Origin: Raillietiella orientalis
Taxonomy: Eukaryota
NCBI GenBank assembly: GCA_036172245.1
Contig: JAYWIR010000030.1
Coordinates: 1,798,001 to 1,862,000, forward strand
Direction: 5' to 3'
DNA length: 64,000 nucleotides
In this document: piece after piece, positions 12,720 to 25,559 of the stretch
Layout of the letters: each line of letters opens with the position of its first letter
Numbering within the stretch: position 1 is the stretch's first letter
The notes under the pieces: model-generated
Databases searched by the model: none
Told to the model about the DNA's origin: nothing
The model's input: the letters and a program-made list of their open reading frames with translations, nothing else
Position numbers and translations under genes: made by a program

Positions 12720-14500
12720 TGTCAATTCGGGATCCTTTCCGCTGCAATCTCATCTTGGTCGAGAAGAGACAAATCCGGCGAGCGCAGCGGATGGTCCAAC
12801 GTCGTTTTTTTTTTGCTCTTTTTTTGCGCCCGAAACTCGCGTTGGCTTTGCTCTCGTGAGGCGGAGTGCGCGACAAATCGTGAGCGCAGTTTTTCGCTTC
12901 TTTGAATCTTTGCGCAGCACCGCAGTTTCCGGCATGCCCAGAGTCCCAACCGTCGTTCGGGAGGCCAGCCGGCGATTCTCTTTGAGCACTTCTGCCACAG
13001 AGGCGATGTCATTCTTGGTCCCCGTTGCTACCGGGCGACCGCAGCGTTCCTCGTCTTCCGCCAATTGCCTTCCATCTCGGAGGCCGCGCGCGGCACCGAA
13101 GAATGTCGGAACGGTTCGTGGTTTCGTCCTCACAGGCCTTCGAAACCAGTGGCGCTGGGGCCGCTTTGGCGGCCACGTGGCTGCGGTCTCTTTGAGTGGA
13201 GCCATGCGCTACGGGTTCTAATCCCCGAGTGGAAGATGGACGCCAAAATAAGGAGGGGAAAGGGAGGGTTGTCTTGAGCTTCCCGTCCATCCCGCAAGAT
13301 GACGCTGATTGGGCCCATTCGGGTGCGGTACTGGTGGAAACCGGAAACCGGATGCCTTTGTTGAGTGCCCGGGATTTGTAATCGACCCTCTGGGGTCAGT
13401 TCCAGGAATCAAGGAGTCCTGGTTCCCTTTGGTGCTTCCCTTTGGTTGGGAAAATCGAACAGTATCATGAAGCTCGTTGATATCACCCCCATGCAGGTGC
13501 CTCTCCAGAGTGCAAAAAATACTCTGCTTCCTCCAGGGAACACCTTTCAGAGAAATTTGGAGACGTCCTTCGGGGTACTCTTCAGAGGAGGAAACAAGGA
13601 CCGGTCCCTCGCGGGTTCCCTCCGGAAATCCCCTCCTCCGAGGGGTCCCTACGGAGGGAATAAGGAAGTGGTTCCTTTTAGGTTTCCTTCGGAGACAACC
13701 ATCATAGAGTTCCCTTCGGTGTTCTCTTTCAAGCACAAGAGGAGCTCTTTCCTCCGGAGCCTTTCTGGGTTCATAGGGTGATCCCTCCGAGGTTACTTCC
13801 TAACATGAAGTTAAAGGCATCCTCGGGTGTCGTGGGGCTAGTGCGAAAGAGCTTCGTGAGTACTTCCCCTGAGGAGGCGGACGGTTCTTCAGTACTTTGC
13901 GAACCAGTGGCAACCAGTCCGCAGCCTCTGTACCACCTTCCTTCAGATCTATACAGAGATTTTGATAGAGAGACAAAAAAGCGAGCTGCGCGAAACGTCT
14001 TTCCTTGACAGCGACTAAGCGCACAGTCATGCCGCTCTGTGTACCATTCAAGGAAGGTACATGGTGCAAGGTACATTGTACGTCCCGCTGCGCGAGGGTA
14101 CACAGCGCGACCGGTGCAGCCGTGTAAAGTTCAGTCCTAAAACTCCATGGACCTCGCTCTGTGGAACATTCTTGTACTCCTAAGTCCGTAAGGGCTGAAG
14201 TGCAGAACTTTAGCCCAAGGGAAACAAAAATTTCCCATGGAATCTGACAGAATCCTCATGCAAGAACTCCCTGAAGAACTTTTTCCTTCTGGCAACCAAT
14301 GCTTTCTTCGTGCGAAAGGAAAGAAAGCAAACGGGAAAATGCAGCACCAGCGGTTGGGTTAACGAGTGGTCCATATCAGAAACGACATCAAGACAAAGAG
14401 ACTCGCCCTTGCGTCCAAACTGCGGACCACACCTTGGTGCGCTCCGGCACGAGTCCTCTCCAAGAAAGCAACCGACTTCGGTCGTCATGGTCACCGAGAG
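12720..14500 (-). mobile_element. L1/Tx1 RT domain and post-RT region, decayed
   Basis: 'LTQPL..KKALVARRKKFFREF', 'LCIDLKEGGTEAADWLPLVRKVLKN' (LD.EKAFD.V.W..L..VL-like), YADD-derived 'EYPE(G)DVSKFL' at ~13560-13580, and 'GTLGMPE' (GGLG.PD-like). Confidence 0.7.
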
Positions 14501-14539
14501 AAGTGTGAGTCATCTTAGCTCCTAGCTTTGACAATTGGT

Positions 14540-15660
14540 TGCCTTGGAGCGAAGGAATCCCTGGAACTCCGTCTTCCCTGCGAACTGGGCTGTCTGACTG
14601 CGGGAGTCAGCTTCCTCATGGGGTAAAGTCGAGGGGCACGAGTGAGGCAGAGTGCATCTGCCTAAGGAACAGCAGATACTTTCGTCAGTCGATGAGGGAG
14701 ATCCTGGAGAACTCTAGAAATCTACTGTGGACTTTGCTCACCTCCCTTGCCTCAGTGCTGCCTTCCCTACGGGAAGCAAAGGACAGCAACCTCCCAGCAA
14801 GGTGGGAATGACGTGCGCCATTGACAATAAAAAGAAACATCTGGATGCGTGGACAACTCGGGAGCTTACGACTCTGAGACTCCGAGTGTCCCACCCAAAG
14901 GAGTGCTACGCTGGGGAGAGCTTTTACAAACTCCTCCGGAGGAGGTGAAGTGCCCCCTAGCGGGCTGGGGCAGTGCAGCCCTTCCCATAAAGTGGCAGGA
15001 TTCGGCGATCCTGCTGTTGCATTGTAGCCACCCGTGCAACGCCCATCGACGACACTGGACCCGGTGGAGTGTGAGCTCAAACTGCAGCAGGTGCGGAGAA
15101 AGAGAGTCCTTCTCGCACTTGCTTGTGGATCGTGTTGCTCACTATCCCCTGTGGGAACGCTTTGTCACGTCCTGAGGATTCCCGAAGGTAACTTAAGAGA
15201 CATTTGAAAGCGGTTCTTCCCGCACGACACCCTCACACCGACCCCGTCCCTAGCAGCACTTTGCTGCTGCCTACGCAGCGAGATCGTGGCTGCATGAAGC
15301 AACGCCAGAGGAGGACAGAAGGACAAGGACGCCATCTATTTTGCTGTCCTCTTCATGAGGACAACAAAAAAGATGCGTCAAGATGGCCTCATCTGGGGAT
15401 AATGAAACCGGAACTTGCCGGCATCCTGCAAAGGATGCAGAGGACGCCCTCCAGCACCCGGTGATTCCATCCCGTCCCTTCCTAATTTTTGTTTCATATA
15501 TATGTATTTTGTTTTATTTTCCTTTCTGTTTGCCCCTCTCTCTCTCTGCTGCGGAGGCGAACCTCGCCGGCCTAAGCGCCTGTTCTATGCAGGTTCCCAT
15601 GGTAGCATATGTAACGTGGCAGCACCAATAGCCCTGCCACCGGGCTGAAAGTTTATTTTT
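14540..15660 (+). mobile_element. L1/Tx1 3' end (C-terminal domain, zf-RVT, 3' UTR)
   Basis: 'CNAHRRHWTRWSVSSNCSRCGERESFSHLLVD' CCHC zinc finger, family motif 'RWPHL', and a T-rich 3' UTR. Confidence 0.8.
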
Positions 15661-15669
15661 ACGTGCAAT

Positions 15670-16200
15670 CAAAACGCACGTGAAAGAGGGACCGGATGAC
15701 TGGCGTATGTACGAAACCGGCCTTGCGCTGCCCCCCACCGGCAAATTTCCGAAACTTTTAGACGAGGAGGAATCAGCTCGTGCAGGGAGCAGGACATCCG
15801 TCCGCCAAGGCACCAGTGCTGTCGAAAGGACCTTCGGGGAAAGCGGGCTCGAGCGCTTTTCGGAGACCCCGTCCCGACAAGGAGGAGGAGGAGTCTTTCA
15901 GTCCAGCCTTCCCTGAATCTATGCGCCCCCGTTTGGTTTCCCCTCTTCTTCGTCATGTCCCCTCCTCGTGCCTCGGTCTTTCCAGCATCGCAGAGTCAGG
16001 CTGATTCCCGGAGTGTTCTTTGCGCCGGAACGCTCGAACAGCAGGAAGGACCAGATGGCCGCTGCTGCGCGTGGTGCGCGTCGTTCGCCGGTTCAAAAGA
16101 GCGGCGCAGTCTCTGCGCAGATGGAGATTTCCTCCCTCCCTTCCCTGACTCTTGCAGCAATACGTCACAACACGCTCCTTTGCTTTGCTCTTCTCCTTCT
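15670..16200 (+). mobile_element. RT N-terminal fragment
   Basis: 'EGPDD', 'TSVRQGTSAVE..GE', 'FAPERS' and 'LTLAAIRHNTL' are colinear with RT subdomains 0-3. Confidence 0.45.
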
Positions 16201-17149
16201 GTTTGTTTTCTTACGGCCCGGACCAGGCTGCAGCGACGCCGGCATGGCAGTGGTTTGCATGAGCGCTCCTACCTGACACGCTGTTGTGTCCCCACCCCTT
16301 CCCCAAACAAGAAGACCGCCACGCCCCCTCGTTTGTCGGTCGAATATGCACTGTGGTCCGTTGCTGCGCGCCTGAAGATGCTCCGCACCGCCAATTCCTC
16401 GTCCCCATAGAGACCGCGGTGGCCAGATCCCAGCGCACAGCTCACTCGAACAGGGGACTCTGCACCTCCCGCCTCACCTCTCGCCTGGTGGTCTCCGTGA
16501 CGGAAAGCACACCAACCTTCAGCTCATCTGCAACAGTGATCTCGAGTCCCCAAATCATGGATCGTGGCAATTTAAGAATCTGGGATCAATAAGGCAATTT
16601 ACCTGGGACGCTTTCAGACGACTAAGCTCCCCTAATCTCCCCTCATCGTGCAGTCGATGATTTTTTTCCCCCCCGAGCTCCAGGAGCGAGAGAGACGCGT
16701 CGCAGCAGCAACAAGATCGCTCGTCAGCGTTCTCTCGAGCGTGTCCTGGAAACAAGGACGCAGTTCCTTGAAAGAGTGCCGCGCTCGGTTGCACAAAAGG
16801 CCGCACCTCCTCGTCCGTCATGGCACCGTCCTGGCGAGGCTCGATTTTCCAGCTTCATCCCCTTGAAATTTCTCAACGGAAAAGGAGGAAGGGAGGAGGC
16901 GAAGGGGGAGAGTTCAGGGATCAGTGGAGGCCGCTGCTGAATTTTTGATGCGCTACCGTAGGGATTTCTTTGCAGTCGTCCGTTCGTCCGTATGTGCTTC
17001 TTCCAGCGTCTCCGTTGCAAGAGGGGAGACAGATTATGCGACAAACCTAGAATCGCCCGGAGGCAATGCCTTCATGGACGCAGGAATCTGATGACTCGTC
17101 CAAAATTCGGCTAGATCGAGGAACGGTCCTCCGTAACGAGCAGCTTCAC

Positions 17150-17950
17150 AGTACCGAAGTCAGGTGAAGAAGAGATCCTCTGAAGAGAGCATTTGCTCCC
17201 GTTTTCGGGTCTGGAAGAAGGAAACGGAAAGGGGAGGTTTCTGGAAGCACCGAGCGGAGAGTTCTTTTCTGCCGGTCATCGGCATTTGCCAACCTCCTGG
17301 CCGGACTCGCAAAGCAGGTAGGACAAACGTCAGAGAGCACCGGAGATGCAGCAGCGCCAAAACAAAAAAAAAAAAAGAGCGACAGGGGAATGTCCCAAGA
17401 TGCCCGCTGCAGCCGCCGTCCCACTCGAAAGTGCGATCTTCTCCCGAGACAGGGTTTCTGGTTCTTTCTTTCTGAAGAGAGGTTTTCGATGCGCAGTACC
17501 GGAAAGTGCGCAGTAAGGGCACGAGTGCTCGGTGAAAGAACGGACCTCCAGGCTCCCTTAACCCTGGGCAAAACCTGATCTAAGGTCAACTGCTCTCGAG
17601 ACCGGAGGAGTGTGGCTCTTAGGGGTACTTTCTTGAGCTCAACAGCTGCAGCCTGGGTTCCAACCTTCACTTTCAAATTAGTCATCATGCACACCAGAGA
17701 GCTCTCTCCTCTTCTAATGGAGATTCCTTGTTTTCTATTCCCGAATGGGAAACCGAGATCGTCCCAAGAATAAAGAAGAAAACGGAGTTTCATCCTTCTT
17801 TTCTCCTTTATCTTCGTTTATGTTTCGGCTTATTCCCCCCTTGTTGCCGGGAGAAACACTGCAGAAGTTTGGAGCTTTGACCTCAAACAGGTTGTAGCCA
17901 GGCTGAGGCCCTCCCGACGAAAGAGTTGCCCAATCCCATGGGAACGAGGG
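17150..17950 (-). mobile_element. RT core fragment
   Basis: 'LRFLLYSWDDLGF..ISI....NLKVKVG' and 'RLANADD' (YADD-like) in ORF 17146..17793. Confidence 0.6.
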
Positions 17951-18759
17951 TCGTGTCGTCATCGAGACGCACAAAGAGAACCATCGGAGAGCGCGTCTTC
18001 CGTACAGTACAGATCGGGTATAACGCGTGTCCCCGACTTTGAAGCCAGCACGATCGAGACAAGGATGTCCTCTTCTCTTGGTCGCAAGCAACACGGGCTT
18101 CCAAGAAAATGCCACCGCGTCCACGTAAAACGCGTGTGTGCATTTACAAACACACACACATACGTACGTGTGGATGTGTCTGTATAGAGGCGGTTGAATT
18201 TATGTTCCTGATGGCCGAAAAGAGCTCCGTGGCATCCTGGCAGCATCTTGCCCCAGATGCAGCGACAACACGTAATCGTCATGCACGTCAGTGCCTCGTC
18301 TTGGAGGGACGCCCGTGGGGCAGGCAGACACGAAGCAGTGGAACAGCTCGCTGCGATTCTAAATTTTCCTCCATTGAATCTCGGGAATTTTTCGTGGGGA
18401 GCCGCTGGAGAGAGGAACGCTTGCTGGCACCTCGAAGAATCAGCTCGGAGTTCTAAGGAGCTGATGAAGACGCAAAATTGAAAGCCCGCGTTGCTATTGG
18501 ATGATGAGAAGTCGGCAAGCCGACGACGCACTTTCGTAAATTTCCATATTGCGGATGCTTACGATCGGTAGCAATCTGCCGTCCGCTGGCCACAGGCTGC
18601 TGCAGCGAAAGGGTTGCCCGTTGTTGCTCTAAATTGTGTGAGGAAGCATGCAGCGGAAACTACGCGAGCAGTTTCCTGGTCTCGGCGAAATTTGATCGGC
18701 GCGAAATATTAGCCCTTCGAGGATGGTGCGGTTCGTGCTTCATGGTCACTTTCCGGTGA

Positions 18760-19365
18760 AGAGCGCTTCCTAAAGGAAAATTTCCTCATGCACTGCATAT
18801 GAAAGGGGAAGGGTGAGTGATTGGTGGAGCAATTCCATGACTTCTTGAGGAAACCTTATCTGAAGGATCCCGGTTCTCTTTTGCTTATCAGTTTTCTTGC
18901 AGCCGAAATCTCTTATAACATACTATGCTCCACTGGTGATGATGTGACAAGGAGACAATCTGAAAAGACTTAGCCGCTGCTGTCATCCCTGGTGGCTTGA
19001 TAAAGGAGCTGTTACATCTGCTGTCCTCTTGATATCTCTGCTGATAAAGCTTTCGGATCAGATTGTGAGATGCGCAGGAGCAACAAAATTTTCGAAACTC
19101 TTCCAAGGAAAGCTGCATAGCCCGAAGAATTGAACAACTCTGCTAGAAGCATCTTTTGAATGGGGCCTCGAGAAAGTTTGCTGAGTTCTGAGGAAAGGGA
19201 TGTACAAGCAACAGATTCTAGGAGAGTGGGGTTGAAGACTGACGAAGAATTTGGACCGGAAGTCTCCAAGTAGCGCTCGTTCTCTGTAGCTAGGGAGGCA
19301 GTCAAGAGCAACCTGGAGAGTTTCTGGGAACTCGTTGATTCGTATGACGATTTGGAAGGTTTCGG
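18760..19365 (+). mobile_element. pogo/Tigger-like DDE transposase remnant
   Basis: Across frameshifts: 'LPKGKFP', 'EQFHDFLRK', 'AVIPGGLIKELL..PLDISADKAF' (IPGGLT..LQPLD.S.NK.F-like) and an acidic C-terminus 'FWELVDSYDDLEGF'. Confidence 0.6.
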
Positions 19366-19619
19366 GGGTGTGCTGATCATCTTCAGCGGATCGTCCTCCT
19401 GTTCGCTTCGAGAAATACAGCTTCCTTTCAGCTTCAGGAAGGCGCTTTTGATCCTGATGCTTCATCCTTTACTTACTGGGCAGCAATTTGACTTTTTCAG
19501 CTCCACCTCCAGTACCGCTCACCATTTCATCGCTGCACTGTGTTCTTTTTAGACCGAATCTCGTGCTCATACAGAGCCGTAGCGAGGTGGCCATCAGAGG
19601 CTTACTCTAGCCACCACGC

Positions 19620-20620
19620 GTCGTAAGGAGAAATGTCGGTGACGATCATCAGCAATTGTGATCAGCAGCATGCCTTCAGTGCAGGGGAAAGTGTCCAGAA
19701 GACAGCAGGAAGATCTGAAGCCTGAAGGAGCCTTTGTGGCACTGTCCGCGTCAAGAACAAAGTACCAGGAATGCCAAGGAAGGAAGACTCTTTGCTAGCG
19801 GTGTGCCCTGGTCAGATGAAGGCGAAAGGAAAGTTGTCCGGCGTTGGCGGCGCGGTCATCGAGCGCTCCAACGCCAGGAAGTGCCTAAGCCGCAGTCGAA
19901 GGTCGTTTTCAAGGAGGAGTGCCCACTGGACTTCGAGCCTCGTTGCGCACTGTCGGCACGACATTCCATAACAACCATCCATGCTCCGAGAGAATGATGT
20001 TCTCTATTGACTCCGGATGTTCACTCGGCGGAACTGAGTAGAGGTGGAGTCCACTCCTGAGATTGTCTCACGCTTGGCGCGCGTCCATCGCTGGCGAGTC
20101 TCGCTCTTCCTTCAAGGAGGCTGAGATGGACCGAAGAGGATGGATTAACGCAGCAGGCTCAAGAAACTCGGCGGGTAGGATGCGAACGGCGAGATCGTTC
20201 TGCAAGAGGCAGCGGAGCCTCTTCTCGCCTCCAGCATTCTACTGATTCTCGCGAACATCCGGACCAGAACCTCTGCTTTTAAGGAATGGAAGTCCTCAAG
20301 GAACCGGGACGTACGCAGGGACTTTTGAAGCCGCCTCCTCAAACATGGGAGAAGGTTGCAGCAGTTGGCACAGGAACCCTCATCGATCGACCGGAAGTCC
20401 AGAGCTGCATTCCGAATGCTTGTCTCCGGAAAATCTGGGGCGCACTCCGAAGGAGAACAGAAAGGATGTCGAAGGTCATCGGGGTTTGCTGCCATGTAAA
20501 CGCGACTTCCCGTTTCGGGAGCTGGACAAGGTTAACGCGAAAGTACTTCGAAAAACCTCCATCAGAGGGTTGGAAATTGGTGGGGGAGGAGGCTTAGCCA
20601 CCTCTAGTTTGGTGCTGGTG
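19620..20620 (+). mobile_element. Degenerate L1-type RT fragment
   Basis: 'RSFSRRSAHWTSSL' (KAFD.V.W..L-like) and 'QRVGNWWGRRLS' (W..R.LS post-RT motif). Confidence 0.4.
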
Positions 20621-20799
20621 GTTCATTGCCAGGAATGGGACTGGTGCATCTTCCCTCTTTTCCCCCCAGCCAAAGAATGAGGGACAGACACAGGAAAATC
20701 AAGCAAGAAATTCGGATGGCGCGCACAGCCAGCGCATTCTGCCGGGCGCTTCCTGCACCTGGTGGGCACTCTAAGGGTGCAGTGCCTTAGCTCAGTCGA

Positions 20800-23050
20800 T
20801 CATGCCACCCTGCATGGAAAACGACCCTCGTCCGAGGGCAGGATGAGAGGAGGGTGCGGAACACGGCACGCGTTCCGTTTGGTATCGCCTAAAGGTGCCG
20901 ACTGGCGTCCCACGGATTGATGGCTGCCAATCCGGAGGCGGATGAAGCAGCAGGGGGGCTGAGTCGCCTGAGAGCAAGCGTCTCCAGCCTCCGGAAGGGG
21001 TTTAATTCAGAGGAGCAGCTGGAAGCACCGCACGACGAGGAGAGAGATGAAGCTGGGAGAGGTAGGAAGCGGCTCGGGGAACTCCGGAAGGCTTCTAGCA
21101 CTCCCTGAGTCAGAGTCCCTTCTCTGCCGTAAGGGCAGGGAGCCGATGCCAGGCAGGAGGCAGTCATGCCGCTCTCAGCCAGTGGAATGAATGCCACTGA
21201 TGAGGAGACGGACGGAGCGTGCAAAGAGGGAGGGAACGCTCTTTTCTGCATGGCAGGTGAGGACGAATGTTCGCTACAGCAGGGATTCCTCTGCCGCTTC
21301 CTTCCAGCTCCCGCACCCCAGCTTCCCTGCACACGTCTCGTAAAAATTCCGGTTCCCATGAGAGCAGGGGATACGACGGTAACGACCGTGCTGGGGATGA
21401 GACAAGGATCGTGGTGATGACTGTAATGACGATAAGGAGATACAGGAGCTTCTGGCAGCTGGAGAGAGGAGCCAGAAAACGAACGCTCCTGCAGCTGCCA
21501 ACGTAACGTCCAAGACAAGGAAATTTTTCAGGGACTGTGGGTCGACCCTGGGAGCAGTGTTGCCGGTCGAGGGGACTCCCGAATTTGTCCTGCGCTCCAG
21601 GGCCGCTCCGCGGAGGAGCTGGCTGATACCGCTGACTGCCAGGGTCTGCCCAGAGCGTTCTCACCCAGGGGCCGCTGCTGTGAGCGACACAGGCCGTGGT
21701 CCGACTGCTGTCTTTTGGAGGGAGGGACGCCGGTGGTGGATGCAGGGAATAGGTTTCTTCTGCTCCTCCCGGAAAGGAACGACGCTCGTGCGCGGACTGG
21801 CCCGGCACCTCGGAGAGCCCGTGCGCGATCCGAAGCGTCTCCCGGGAGACGGGCAGCGTTTCCTCCTTGGCGTCATCCCCTCCGAGCCTCGAAGTCCTCC
21901 ATCAATTAAGATCCCGATTGTGTCCTTCCCCTCCCTCTGCCTCCACTACAGGCACGCGAGAAGCGGCCGATGCTGCAGGATTCGTGATCGAATTATCGGC
22001 CTTCGAGGAGGTTGGCCAAAGCTCTCTGTTCCCGGGATAGAGCGAGAACGAAGGGAGAAGGTAAATGGAGAAGCAGGAATGGAGGGAATGAGGGAAAGAG
22101 AGCCCAGGTGCTCCGCTGGAGTCATCGATCCTCCTGGATCGTCCATCCCCAAAGCTCTAGGGGCGCAGAGGAGGAATCAGAGTCGAGGGAAACGTCCGAT
22201 GCCCTCCCTCTCCCTGGATCTCACCCAGATCTTGTCAACTAACCTGACCACCATTTTTTCGGACAGCAGAAGACGAGGGTGGAACCCCCACTGTCCTTGT
22301 TCCGCATCGATGCACTTCGCTCTTCTTTTCCTCTATGCTGCTGAGCGTCATGCACAGAACGGGAGGTCGGAGATTCCACACTTGCGCTCTTCCCTGCGAG
22401 GCAAAGGAGGAGGGAAGGAAAAAAGACTTGCCAATTCTGGCGATGGCGATGATAATGATGACGATGGTGGTAAGGAGGAGGAGGAGGAGGAGAGAAAGGA
22501 TTCCAGCGTAGTCGTAGAAGCGTTGGTAGTAGTTGACGATATGGGGCTGGAGGTGAAAGAGATGAGGATAAGGAAGATGCTGAAGTTGCTGCTTCTAATG
22601 AAAAAGAAGGAAAGAATTCCGGTGCAGTGGTGGCAGCAGCGGCAGAAGAAAAAAACAAGCAGCTTCTCCCCCTGCTGCTGCGGCTGCTCCTACTGACGGT
22701 GATGACGACGACAGCGACGTAAACATTAATGGGAACGACATAAAGCCGGCAGAATGCACACCTGAGTTGGCAAGGCAGAGCTCTGAGGACGCCATGGAAG
22801 CAAACTGTTCGAGTGCAGAAGTTCAAGGCGATGAGCGTGGCCTGCCTTACCAATAGACGCACCCCTGACGGAACGGCACTCAGAGCAAGCAAAAGCCGTG
22901 GGAGCTCCGCCTCTCGCAAGATGGAGTCGGCTGCTGCCAGGCCCTTAATCCTTCCCCATCTTCTGCATTCCAAAGCGCGTCGCTGCCCCGGCAGTCTTCG
23001 GTCCCTTCGGGGGAAACAGATCAGCAGAGCTCAAAGCCGCGTAGTCGAGC
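20800..23050 (-). mobile_element. 5' part of an L1/Tx1 element: ORF1 knuckle, low-complexity tail, APE endonuclease
   Basis: 'SGVRLLV...CQLRCAFCR' is ORF1-like. P/H/S-rich repeats at 22420-22720, 'DDPGG' (D..GR-like), 'RDLN' (GDFN-like) at ~21900, and 'TAVGPRPVS' (SRLDR..VS-like). Confidence 0.5.
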
Positions 23051-23079
23051 CCGGGTCGATTAGTCTCTGGACTATGAGG

Positions 23080-24400
23080 GGGTCATGAGGAAGAGGCCCA
23101 CCGGGAAGAGCTTTCGGTATGAGCTTTTCGGAGCTCCTTACCCTGCCAGGGGCGAGGCTTTCGTTTCATGAGCGAACATGAGCTGGAAGAAGGGTCGTGA
23201 GTCCTGACCGAAGACCACCACAGCTTCCGTGCCTCTCTTCCTCTCCCTCCAGCAGGGAAGAAAGGAAACCGAGGTCCATTGCCTATTCCGGACGATGGAC
23301 CTTGGTTCCTTTGCGTCTCCTCTCGAGCCTGCTGTTGGCGCCGCCGCAGCATCTCTTCGGAGCGGACGAAAGTCGACTGGCTCCTCCCTCGATGATCACA
23401 GATCTTCGGGGCGCTCCGTTTGAAGATGGAATATGCAAATTGAGCTTTCTTCCATCCCGTTCAGGGCGAAGATCTTTGAGCCTGGAGATGAGAGTCGCCT
23501 CCCTCTTTCTTCTTCTTCCTCCCTCCTTTCCTTTTTTTCCTTCTATTTCTCTTCCGAATTCAATCACTGATTCCTGTCTTTCATCGTCCCCGCTTTGCGG
23601 AGCTCGTACGATCGAACGCCACTGCGCTTCCGAAAGAAAGTTCCCCCGTTATTAAAAAAAGGGCATCCATCTCTAAGGATGCTGCCCTTTCCTCTCCTCA
23701 CAGGAAGAAAGTGAAGAAAATTTCGCGCCAATTCCATTTTCCCCCTCCCCTCCCCTTCCTTGAAGGAGGACATTTCGGGAATGTTTCTGGGCACTCTGAC
23801 GGAGGAGGATTCCTGAGGGAAAGACTCCAGAATCCTCTTTCTCCAGAAGCAAATAAGGTGCGGGCCGTCCTGAGACTCGTTCTCAGAGATGCCTACCAGA
23901 GGCACTGAGGGCAGCCCAACACACAGAAGCTCCTGCTATTACTCTCAGTGGTCTCTTCCGCCCAAACTGTAGCAGATGGCGAATGCCTCCTCAGAACCAT
24001 TACAGCCATCATGTTCTTCGCCCTCCTTCTCCTCCCTTCCACCCTTCCTCCTCCTCTTCCTCCTCCTAGTCTCCCTCCTGGACTCTTTATCATGAGAGGG
24101 GGCAAGTGGGGTCGAGGATGCACTGTCGGGAAAGCGGAGGCTTGCAGAGACTCCTCCGATGCTCCTGTTCTCTTTGAACACCACCCTTCTCCGCTCTTTG
24201 TTAAGCTTCCGTCTTCTTCGCACGTGCAAAGAGGAAAGGAAGGGAATGCGCTTCCCAACGGGCCCATCGGACCCACTTTCTCTGCACTCGCTCGGGACTC
24301 AGCAGCCAATTAGAAATCTCTGCCCCTCCTCCAGCTTTATGCTTCCTTTAGCAGTCCAGGAGCTTCCTGAATGAGGTTCTTCCATCTCCCAGACCTCCTT
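23080..24400 (-). mobile_element. Two EN-end/linker fragments of L1-type ORF2
   Basis: 'RGGGKWNW' (G.G.WK.N-like), a K/R-rich linker, and 'AAESRAS'. Confidence 0.4.
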
Positions 24401-24429
24401 CCCCTCCAGCCAGTGCAATCACGATTAGC

Positions 24430-25000
24430 TGCAAGGAGCAGCCTACGGCATGAAAATAAGCTCGCGAAGCGCAGCATCCATCTACCATCATGGTGAGAGG
24501 TAACGCAGGGTAGTCCAGAGAGTTCGCAATTCATTCCTCCGCTCCAAGAGCGACGAATTGGACTTGGACTGGACCCCCACTCATCGCATCTTCCGGATGG
24601 CACCCCTCTGGGTGCTCCGAGACAGTATGCGATGAAAAAGGCTGTGCCTGAGGAAGATTCGAGATCCCGGATGTGCTTGCAGGCCGAGACCGGAGGCGCA
24701 TTTCCAAACGGACTCAACGTCGGCGCTTCCACCTTGTTCGCTGGACTTCCCGTGAGAGCAGCAGCAGCAGGAGCAGAGGCACGGATCTCAGACGCATCCT
24801 TTCCAGTGCTGGGAACGAAAAGCAGCCGGGTATGCTTCCGGTTGCGGATTTTGGACGCTGGTGAAGCATCTGCGGAAGCGAAGCTCGCAGACATACTGGA
24901 AAATGAGACCAGGAGGTCAAGGAAAGAACCTCTTAAAGACCCACTCTACAGGAACGGAGATGTCCTCAGCGAATGAATTCTTCCAGGAAGTCAGCATGCG
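24430..25000 (+). mobile_element. Post-RT L1 fragment
   Basis: 'RSRMCLQAETGGAFPN' (SR..L..P...GGL-like) and 'EPLKDPLYRN'. Confidence 0.4.
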
Positions 25001-25559
25001 GCTCCTTTGAGAAGGCACCTTCCATCGCCATCTCCAGGAAGCACCTCGGTCGCCCGCGTGGGCGTCTCTATGGCGCTGGGCAATAGAAACCCTTCTCTTT
25101 GCCTAATGGAGCATAGGAGTATTTCCGAAGACTCTTCCTAGGGAAATACTCCTATGCTTGCGAAGTTAGCACAAGAGTCCTCGTAATCGGGAGGGAATCC
25201 TTCTTGATTCCCCTGGGAAGGAGGAGAATTAAGAAGAAACTTGCCAGCGTCTCCACAGAGATACGGAGGCTGCAAGCGAATGACTGGAGGCTCACTTGCT
25301 TCCAGAGTAGCTTTTTTTCGCGTTTGTTTTTCTGTGTCCTCTCTGCTGAGGACATCGTGGGCGGCAAACTTGCTAGTCGGCGATCATCCTTGGACTTTTG
25401 AGATAATGCAGGACTCATCTTCCAGCTTGGTTTCTTTTCTTTGCTCCTTCGTTGCATTTCTTCCATTGCAGCAACACACGGGCATGGCCTTGTTATTCTG
25501 GCATGCAGGGTCATTTATCTGAAATAAAAAAAAAAAATGCAATTGACGACAAGGAAGTG

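Noticed and set aside
21557..22696. 379-aa ORF with an acidic tail
   Set aside because: It is antisense to an endonuclease/ORF1 remnant, and the tail comes from simple GAT/GAG repeats.
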